Shown piece after piece: positions 57,364 through 64,000 of a DNA stretch of 64,000 bases. The notes beneath the pieces are model-generated. The model searched no databases. It saw nothing but the letters and a program-made list of their open reading frames with translations, and was not told the origin of the DNA. Numbering within the stretch: position 1 is the first letter of the stretch; every line of letters starts with the position of its first letter. This stretch comes from Bacteroidaceae bacterium (GTDB lineage: Bacteria > Bacteroidota > Bacteroidia > Bacteroidales > Bacteroidaceae), in contig JAFUOP010000005.1 of assembly GCA_017481875.1 (NCBI GenBank), positions 26,892 through 90,891 of the forward strand. Direction: 5' to 3'. The position numbers were made by a program, and so were the translations under genes.

Positions 57364-58407
57364 ATGATAGACACCCTCACATCACTTCGACTGATATTCG
57401 CCCTGATGGTTTTCGCATCGCACCTATGTATGATAAATGAAGGGGCATTCTCGGGGCATATTCTTAAGGAGGGATATGTGGGAGTGAGTTTCTTTTTTAT
57501 CTTGAGCGGATTCATCATAGCGCACAACTACACCGAAAGGCTGCTAAACAGCAATTGCAGTAAAAAAGATTTCTGGGTTGCACGTTTTGCACGTATCTAC
57601 CCGCTACACCTTCTCACACTCGTTGTAGCAATATTCATAGGCGGCACATTCATTGCCACGCAGCCTCTCTCTTGGGCACATCTGTTTACATCGGCCACGC
57701 TAACCAATGCATATATACCGCGCTCCGATTTCTTTTTTGCGCTTAATTCACCGGCTTGGAGCCTGTGCTGCGAACAATTGTTCTACATACTGTTCCCTAT
57801 GGCACTGCCCCTTGCAAGAAGCCCCAAGAAGCTTGCCATTATAGCTGCAACAGCGGTTATTGCAGTTGTTATAGGCGGCCAATTCACGCCCGAACAATAT
57901 ATAAAAGGAATATGGTACACCAACCCCATAACCCGCCTGCCCGATTTTGTCGTGGGAGTGCTCCTGTGGCACGCATACAAAAAAATAAAGGATATAGATA
58001 TTAGCTACCGCACAGCAAACATCGCTGAATTCTCGGCTATACTGCTTTTTGCCATATTTTATTTATACGCTGGGGATATTCCTAAAATTTACCGTTATTC
58101 ATTCTACTATTGGCTACCTATAACAGCTATAATTATTACATTCTCTTTACAAAAAGGGGCATTATCGCACCTGCTTAAAGCAAAGATATTTATTAAAGGC
58201 GGCGAGATAAGCTATGGCATATACCTCATACAAATAATAATTATTAATGCAATATCGCCCGTTGTTGGTCATTTACACCCGGCAGCAGGCGCAATAATCG
58301 CACTTGTTGCAATAACTGCCACGAGTTATCTGTCATACAACTACTTTGAGAAACCTATTAACAGGTTTATAAAAGAGACATACAGGAATCGCTGCAAAAG
58401 CAAATAG
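57364..58407 (+). CDS. Acyltransferase family 3 (OafA/YrhL-like) membrane protein
   Basis: 347 aa with about 10 transmembrane segments. The N-terminal sequence LTSLRLIFALMVFASH...VGVSFFFILSGFII is typical of acyltransferase_3. Confidence 0.85.
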   Translation: MIDTLTSLRLIFALMVFASHLCMINEGAFSGHILKEGYVGVSFFFILSGFIIAHNYTERLLNSNCSKKDFWVARFARIYPLHLLTLVVAIFIGGTFIATQPLSWAHLFTSATLTNAYIPRSDFFFALNSPAWSLCCEQLFYILFPMALPLARSPKKLAIIAATAVIAVVIGGQFTPEQYIKGIWYTNPITRLPDFVVGVLLWHAYKKIKDIDISYRTANIAEFSAILLFAIFYLYAGDIPKIYRYSFYYWLPITAIIITFSLQKGALSHLLKAKIFIKGGEISYGIYLIQIIIINAISPVVGHLHPAAGAIIALVAITATSYLSYNYFEKPINRFIKETYRNRCKSK

Positions 58408-58421
58408 AAAGGAGAGAATAA

Positions 58422-59171
58422 TCAACCAAGTTTACCGATGGCCACACGGGCAGCATTTTGCTGGCTCTCGCGCTTAGAAAAGCCCTCGCCACGGCCGTAA
58501 GGCTCGCCATCTACAAACACCTCAGTAACAAAGAATGCGCCATCGGAACGCTGTTCTTCATGCACAAGCTGGAAAACCACTCTGCGATGCTGTTTTTGCG
58601 ACCACTCTATAATACGGCTCTTGTAATTATTATCTACCCGAACTATTGATTCAATATCTTCTATACGCGAGAACACCTTCTCAAGCAAAAAAATTCTGCA
58701 ATACTTATAACCTTTGTCTATATATATCGCACCAATAAGTGCCTCCAGAGCATTCCCATATATATAATTATTGTGCTTACCCGTTGCACCGCACACCTGC
58801 ACAAAACGGTCGAGACCTATCTCCACGGCCAGTTCATTGAGCCTTTCGCGACAAACAAGATTGCTGCGCGATTTAGAGAGGAAACCCTCGCGCTCACGCC
58901 TGAAACGCGAATAAAGGAAATCGGCAGTTACCGAGCTGAGGACTGCATCGCCCAGAAATTCCAAACGCTCATTACAGCCCAATTTACCTAAAGTAGAGGA
59001 GCTGTGTGTCATAGCCATCTTATATGGCTTTAGACTATTGGGCACAAAGCCCAATATAGAGTACAACAAAAGATAAGACTCCCTGTCTTTGCAAGACAGG
59101 AGCCTTATCTTATCTAATACTTTTTTTAGAATCTTCTTAGCCTTCAATTTTCTTAAAAGCAATTGATGCAT
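58422..59171 (-). CDS. rnc: Ribonuclease III
   Basis: It has the signature ERLEFLGDAVL and a C-terminal dsRBD. The start is uncertain: ATG at 59171 or 59207 both overlap the fabF 3' end, and a TTG lies at 59147. Confidence 0.85.
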   Translation of the reverse strand: MHQLLLRKLKAKKILKKVLDKIRLLSCKDRESYLLLYSILGFVPNSLKPYKMAMTHSSSTLGKLGCNERLEFLGDAVLSSVTADFLYSRFRREREGFLSKSRSNLVCRERLNELAVEIGLDRFVQVCGATGKHNNYIYGNALEALIGAIYIDKGYKYCRIFLLEKVFSRIEDIESIVRVDNNYKSRIIEWSQKQHRRVVFQLVHEEQRSDGAFFVTEVFVDGEPYGRGEGFSKRESQQNAARVAIGKLG

Positions 59172-60399
59172 TATGACCTCCAAAACCAAATGTGTTGGAG
59201 ATGGCAACCTTTATATCTCTCTTCTGTGCCTTGTTAAAGGTAAAGTTCAATGCATAATCTATTTCCGGGTCCTCATCACCCTCCTCGTGATTAATAGTAG
59301 GAGGAACAACACCGTTCTTAATAGCAAGCACTGTGAGCATTGCCTCTATGGCACCCGCAGCACCAAGCAAATGCCCGGTCATTGATTTTGTTGAGCTTAT
59401 ATTAAGTTTATATGCATGCTCACCAAAAAGATTCTTAATGGCCTTGATTTCAGCAATATCACCTGCGTATGTTGATGTACCGTGAACATTGATGTAATCG
59501 ACATCTGCAGGAGATATTCCAGCCTCTTCTATTGCATTCTTCATTACACGCATAGCACCATCGCCGTCGGGGTGAGGAGCGGTTATATGATATGCGTCGG
59601 CTGTAAGGCCGGAACCCACAATCTCGGCATATATTTTTGCACCACGTGCCACAGCATGCTCATACTCCTCGAGTATAAGACAAGCCGAACCCTCTGCCAT
59701 AACAAAACCATCGCGACTTTTGCTGAAGGGACGCGACGCGCCTTTCGGATCATCGTTACGGGTAGAGAGAGCGTGCATTGCATTAAACGCACCAACAGCT
59801 GTTACACATATTGGAGCCTCGGCACCACCGGCAACAATAACGTCTGCTCTGTTTAGCCTTATCTGGTCGAATGCATCAATGAGTGCATTTGAAGAAGACG
59901 CGCACGCCGCCGTTGTTACATAGTTGGGCCCCTTAAGGCCGTATCTAATGGATATGATACCGGCCGAGATGTCGGCAATCATCTTTGTAATGAGGAAAGG
60001 TGAAAAACGCGGGCCACTTTCCGGGCTCTGGGTGTATGCACGGATTTCATCTTCCAATGCACCTATTCCACCAATACCGACACCAAAAACAACTCCGGCA
60101 CGGTTGCAATCCATTTTTGCAAAATCCAATCCACTATCTGTTATAGCCTGAACTGCAGACGCCACACTATACTGTGTTACGGTATCTACTTTGCGTGCTT
60201 CACGACGCTCCATATATGCCGTGGGGTCGAAATCCTTCACCTCACAAGCAAACTGTGTCTTGAACAGATAGCTATCAAAATGAGTAATAGGCCCTGCGCC
60301 ACTCACTCCATTGACTGCATTCTCCCAAACCTGGGAAACTGTATTGCCTAATGGCGAAACGACACCAAGACCTGTTACAACAACTCTTCTAAGCTTCAT
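59137..60399 (-). CDS. fabF: Beta-ketoacyl-ACP synthase II
   Basis: 420 aa with the active-site Cys in TTACASS and the motifs HGTST and GFGGHN. Confidence 0.96.
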   Translation of the reverse strand: MKLRRVVVTGLGVVSPLGNTVSQVWENAVNGVSGAGPITHFDSYLFKTQFACEVKDFDPTAYMERREARKVDTVTQYSVASAVQAITDSGLDFAKMDCNRAGVVFGVGIGGIGALEDEIRAYTQSPESGPRFSPFLITKMIADISAGIISIRYGLKGPNYVTTAACASSSNALIDAFDQIRLNRADVIVAGGAEAPICVTAVGAFNAMHALSTRNDDPKGASRPFSKSRDGFVMAEGSACLILEEYEHAVARGAKIYAEIVGSGLTADAYHITAPHPDGDGAMRVMKNAIEEAGISPADVDYINVHGTSTYAGDIAEIKAIKNLFGEHAYKLNISSTKSMTGHLLGAAGAIEAMLTVLAIKNGVVPPTINHEEGDEDPEIDYALNFTFNKAQKRDIKVAISNTFGFGGHNASIAFKKIEG

Positions 60400-60439
60400 T
60401 ATAGAATAGTTAAGAGTGAAAGTAAGAGGAAAAGTTTAA

Positions 60440-60682
60440 TTACTTCTCAGCAACTTTCTCCTCTACATACTTAACAGCATCACCTACTGTTGCAATTTTC
60501 TCAGCCTGCTCCTCGGGGATAGAGATACCGAACTCGTCCTCAATCTCCATGATAAGCTCTACTCTGTCAAGAGAGTCTGCGCTCAAATCGTTTGTGAAGT
60601 TAGCCTCTGAAGTAACCTCTGACTCTGAAACACCAAATTTCTCTACAATAATCTCTTTTACTCTTGCTTCAATTTCTGACAT
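60440..60682 (-). CDS. acpP: Acyl carrier protein
   Basis: 80 aa with the phosphopantetheine site [17 protein letters not shown]. Confidence 0.93.
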   Translation of the reverse strand: MSEIEARVKEIIVEKFGVSESEVTSEANFTNDLSADSLDRVELIMEIEDEFGISIPEEQAEKIATVGDAVKYVEEKVAEK

Positions 60683-60719
60683 AGTTGTAATATTTTGAAA
60701 GTTGTAAATTATTTGTTTG

Positions 60720-60727
60720 CAAAAGTA
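60720..60727 (-). promoter_or_regulatory. -7 promoter box TACTTTTG (minus strand) upstream of acpP
   Basis: The reverse complement of caaaagta is TACTTTTG, 38 nt upstream of the acpP ATG. Confidence 0.45.
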
Positions 60728-60835
60728 TGATAAAAATCAAAAACCTCCAAGAAAGATTGATTTTTTTTGCCACTCGCATTGCACATTTTTTAATTTTTGT
60801 GCAAAAACATAGCTGAAAACAGCTTTTTTAACAGT

Positions 60836-61882
60836 TTAATTTTCTATTATTATATCAAAAGCCGAAGGCTCACGACGCAATTTGTAATTATTTCTTAAAT
60901 CTTCAAAACTTTGCGGGTTTGCTTTAAGTGCCACGGAGTCTAAATGTGGCGAGTATATTTTCAACAATGCCGACGGGAGAGATGGTGCCACCACTCGCGA
61001 GGGCGACGGTGCAGGCAAAGCGAGCGAAGGTAAGGTGTGCTCGCAACCAAAAAATTTTGCAAAGGCACGCAACACAATACCGGTAGCATTTATTTTGCCC
61101 TCGGCAGAGTAGCCGGCAATATGAGGAGTTGCCATATATACCTTATTTAATAGAGAGAGGTTAATATCAGGCTCGTTTTCCCAGACATCGAGCACCGCAT
61201 CTTCTATTTGTGCACGCTCTATAGCATTGAGCAATGCAGCATTATCGACTACCGGGCCACGTGATGCATTTATAAACAACTTGCATTTTTTCAATTTAGA
61301 AAAGAATGCAGCATCGGCAAGATGATAGCTTGGACAAACCCCATCTACCACCAATGACGGGTGGAAAGTTATTATATCACTCCCTGCAGCAAGTGTGCTG
61401 AGCGACACAAAACCCTTTTCGCCCCGGGCTTCACGAGGAGGGTCGTTGAGCAACAGATTCATTCCCACGCCCGAAGCCCAACGAGCTACACGAGAGCCTA
61501 TTTCACCCACGCCCACAATACCGAGGGTAAGCCCCTCAATAGAACGTTTTCTATCACGCGCCCACTCATATACCACAGCCTGCACATATTGCAATACAGC
61601 ATCGGCATTGCAACCAGCCGCATTGGTCCATTTTATTCCATTTTTCGCACAATAGGTACAATCTATGTGGTCGTAACCAATGGTGGCGGTACCAATAAAA
61701 CGCACTGCGCTGCCTGCGAGCAAAGCAGCATCACAAATGGTACGAGTGCGAACAAACAACGCCTCGGCATCGCGTAAATGGGCATTCTTTATTGCTACAC
61801 CCGGCAACGCTATCACCTCGTGGCCCATTTCGGCCAACGCAGAAGACAAATAAGGAATTTTTTCATCTATAACTATTCTCAT
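60836..61882 (-). CDS. pdxB: 4-phosphoerythronate dehydrogenase
   Basis: 348 aa, a D-isomer 2-hydroxyacid dehydrogenase fold (GIVGVGEIGSRV). The N-terminus MRIVIDEKIPYL is typical of PdxB. Confidence 0.85.
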   Translation of the reverse strand: MRIVIDEKIPYLSSALAEMGHEVIALPGVAIKNAHLRDAEALFVRTRTICDAALLAGSAVRFIGTATIGYDHIDCTYCAKNGIKWTNAAGCNADAVLQYVQAVVYEWARDRKRSIEGLTLGIVGVGEIGSRVARWASGVGMNLLLNDPPREARGEKGFVSLSTLAAGSDIITFHPSLVVDGVCPSYHLADAAFFSKLKKCKLFINASRGPVVDNAALLNAIERAQIEDAVLDVWENEPDINLSLLNKVYMATPHIAGYSAEGKINATGIVLRAFAKFFGCEHTLPSLALPAPSPSRVVAPSLPSALLKIYSPHLDSVALKANPQSFEDLRNNYKLRREPSAFDIIIEN

Positions 61883-62098
61883 AGCATTTCAACATTAAAC
61901 AACACAAAACCGGCAAGCAAACGGGTGCTACTTCGATGCTTTTATAGCGAGTTAAAACTCGCTCGAGAGCAGTTTCAAATATACGAAAAGAGACGAAACA
62001 AATATCTATTTTCGCAATATTTTTAGCAACACTCCACTGCTTTATGGCAAAAAAGGGAAGTTTTCAGCCAAACTTTTGCCTATATCACAAAGTTTAGT

Positions 62099-62106
62099 TA
62101 GTTTTG
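62099..62106 (+). promoter_or_regulatory. -7 promoter box TAGTTTTG upstream of the DUF4254 gene
   Basis: Exact TAnnTTTG match, 78 nt upstream of the ATG at 62184. Confidence 0.35.
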
Positions 62107-62183
62107 CCTTTGTTATTTCCCATATTGGGAGTATTGTACAATATTTAAAGCAAGATAATTATTGACTTTAACGATATATTATT

Positions 62184-62798
62184 ATGAAAAAGTTTACAGA
62201 AATGAGCTGGCCCATCTTTAACCAGGCCATTGAAGACTATCACAAGACCGACAATGTAGATACCCCGATAAACAACCCCTACCCGGTAAAAAGTATTGAA
62301 TATTATCTTTATTTGAAATGCTGGATAGACACCGTTCAATGGCATTTCGAGGATATTATACGAGACCCCGACATAGACCCCGTAGAGGCACTTACTTTGA
62401 AACGCCGCATCGACAAATCAAACCAGGACCGTACAGACCTTGTAGAGCTCATCGACAGTTATTTCCTCGACCTTTATAAAGAGGTAACACCCGCTGCCGA
62501 TGCAACAATCAACACCGAGAGCCCCGCTTGGGCTGTAGACCGTTACTCAATCCTTTCATTGAAAATTTATCACATGAAAGAAGAGGTTACTCGCACCGAT
62601 GTCGATGAAGAGCACCGTGCAAAATGCCAAGCAAAGCTTGATGTTCTCATGGAGCAGTACAAGGACATGACAACGTCTATCGGCCAGTTGCTTGAAGATA
62701 TTGAGGCCGGTCGCAAATACATGAAAGTGTATCGCCAGATGAAAATGTACAACGACCCCGCCCTTAACCCCGTACTTTATGGCGCAGGAAAGAAATAA
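62184..62798 (+). CDS. DUF4254 domain-containing protein
   Basis: 204 aa, helical and soluble. The family assignment is from memory of Bacteroidota proteins that sit immediately upstream of GT9 glycosyltransferases. Confidence 0.6.
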   Translation: MKKFTEMSWPIFNQAIEDYHKTDNVDTPINNPYPVKSIEYYLYLKCWIDTVQWHFEDIIRDPDIDPVEALTLKRRIDKSNQDRTDLVELIDSYFLDLYKEVTPAADATINTESPAWAVDRYSILSLKIYHMKEEVTRTDVDEEHRAKCQAKLDVLMEQYKDMTTSIGQLLEDIEAGRKYMKVYRQMKMYNDPALNPVLYGAGKK

Positions 62799-63837
62799 CA
62801 ACACTCCGCGCACCACACTTATAACACGTTTTTCTGCGGTAGGCGATATAGCGATGACAATACCATTGCTATACTCGCTTGCACGCACATACCCCAATGA
62901 CAAGTTTGTTTTTGTAAGCCGCGAAAGATTCGGGCAATTTTTCATCGACAAGCCCAAAAACCTCCATTTCATCGGGATAAATTTAGATAATTACAAGGGC
63001 CTGACCGGGCTTTTTAAATTATACAAAACACTCGACGAGCACAAGCCCGGCTTTGTAGCAGACCTCCACGATGTGTTGCGCACAAAGATTCTGCGCAGCT
63101 ATTTTCTGCTTTTTTCGGGAGCAAAGGTTGCGAACATTATAAAAGGACGTAGCGAAAAGAGACGCCTTACCCGCAACAAGAACAAAGAGCAAGTACAATT
63201 AAAAAGCACTTTTGAACGTTACCGCGATGTATTTACACGCCTCGGGTTTCCGTTCACACCGGCCTTTACCTCTCTTTTCAATGGTAAAAAAGGAGATATA
63301 AGCGAGTTCAGCACCACCCTGCCACAAAAAGAGGATAAAAAATGGGTAGGTATCGCACCATTTGCTGCGCACAAAGGGAAAATATACCCCCTTGACAAAA
63401 TGGAGCAGGTTATTGCCATTCTGTCAATGGAGCCCGATTTGGAAATATTCTGTTTTGGCAATGGCCCTAAAGAGGAAGCCGTTGTAAACGAGTGGTGCAG
63501 TAAATACCCGCAAGTACACTCATTCCTTGGGCGCACCAATTTCAACGGCGAATTGCGCGTTATAAGCCACTTGGACGCAATGGTGTGCATGGATTCCGCA
63601 AACATGCACATAGCATCACTTGCCGGCACCCCGGCAATATCGGTATGGGGCGCGACATCGCCACTTGCAGGCTTTTTAGGGTGGAACCAAAAAAGCGACG
63701 ATTGCATAGAGATTCAGTTGCCGTGTCGCCCTTGTTCCATCTTCGGCAACAAACCTTGCATATACGGAGATTTTCGTTGCTTGAATATAGAGCCTGAGAT
63801 TATCGCACAAAAAGTTCTGAAAAAGATAGGAAAATAG
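62779..63837 (+). CDS. Glycosyltransferase family 9 (heptosyltransferase-like)
   Basis: 352 aa. The N-terminal sequence TLITRFSAVGDIAMTIPLL is the GT9 hallmark. The C-terminal half carries SANMHIASLAGTP. It overlaps the DUF4254 gene by 20 nt. Confidence 0.85.
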   Translation: MAQERNNNTPRTTLITRFSAVGDIAMTIPLLYSLARTYPNDKFVFVSRERFGQFFIDKPKNLHFIGINLDNYKGLTGLFKLYKTLDEHKPGFVADLHDVLRTKILRSYFLLFSGAKVANIIKGRSEKRRLTRNKNKEQVQLKSTFERYRDVFTRLGFPFTPAFTSLFNGKKGDISEFSTTLPQKEDKKWVGIAPFAAHKGKIYPLDKMEQVIAILSMEPDLEIFCFGNGPKEEAVVNEWCSKYPQVHSFLGRTNFNGELRVISHLDAMVCMDSANMHIASLAGTPAISVWGATSPLAGFLGWNQKSDDCIEIQLPCRPCSIFGNKPCIYGDFRCLNIEPEIIAQKVLKKIGK

Positions 63838-63840
63838 CCC

Positions 63841-64000
63841 ATGAACACAATCACTGCCGATGACAAGGACCCCATGGGCCGCGCCATTGCCGACTACCAC
63901 AAAACTGGGAAAGCCGGCAAATTAAGAGTATTATCTTCGATGTTCTACGAGGACGAAATACCCGTAGCCACTCTTTTTAGGACATTCGGGCAGATGCCTC
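63841..64000 (+). CDS. Probable class I SAM-dependent methyltransferase (N-terminal fragment; the gene runs off the right edge)
   Basis: MNTITADDKDPMGRAIADYHKTGKAGKLRVLSSMFYEDEIPVATLFR resembles N-termini of Bacteroidales methyltransferase-domain proteins. Only 53 codons are visible, so the SAM motif is not seen. Confidence 0.45.
   Translation, partial: MNTITADDKDPMGRAIADYHKTGKAGKLRVLSSMFYEDEIPVATLFRTFGQMP

Noticed and set aside
60811-60828. A small hairpin agctg-aaaa-cagct followed by tttttt near the pdxB stop, considered as a plus-strand terminator.
   Set aside because: No plus-strand gene lies upstream to terminate. The stem is only 5 bp. At most it is a weak terminator for pdxB on the other strand, and it is too marginal to list as a feature.

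Overview
This window looks like a core-chromosome segment of a Bacteroidales (Bacteroidota) genome. Supporting signs are Bacteroides-type TAnnTTTG -7 promoter boxes in front of most transcription units, two proteins with T9SS C-terminal sorting domains, and methylmalonyl-CoA mutase. I call 56 CDS (two cut by the window edges), one tRNA-Ser(GGA), 10 intergenic hairpin terminators, one leader hairpin and 15 promoter-motif features. Most hairpins are bidirectional and sit at convergent gene junctions.

Content is mostly housekeeping:
- Replication and repair: dnaX-dnaA-nrdJ, radA, ruvC, xseAB, topB.
- Biosynthesis: thrA, thyA-folA, folB, ilvE, pdxB, thiL.
- Lipid and envelope: lpxK, fabF-acpP, a GT9 glycosyltransferase, OmpA-family proteins.
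- tRNA/rRNA modification: mnmA, trmB, an RsmF-like methyltransferase.
- Transport and metabolism: an ExbB/ExbD cluster and mutAB.

I found no integrase, transposase, phage gene, CRISPR array, restriction-modification gene or recognisable defence gene. I cannot point to a convincing new multi-gene system. The leads worth a second look are:
1. A BspA-type LRR surface protein with a 16-unit, 69-bp in-frame tandem array that shows higher-order repeats.
2. A tightly packed, separately promoted GH3-family / Ig-like lipoprotein / DUF3108 operon of unknown function.
3. A terminator-like hairpin with a competing upstream pairing segment in the thrA leader.
4. An orphan Imm17-like gene appended to thiL.
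5. A T9SS-secreted endonuclease I fusion.
6. Large AT-rich non-coding flanks of dnaA that lack canonical DnaA boxes.
7. A DUF4254-GT9 translationally overlapping pair.

All protein family calls come from reading the translated ORFs for motifs. No database search was run.
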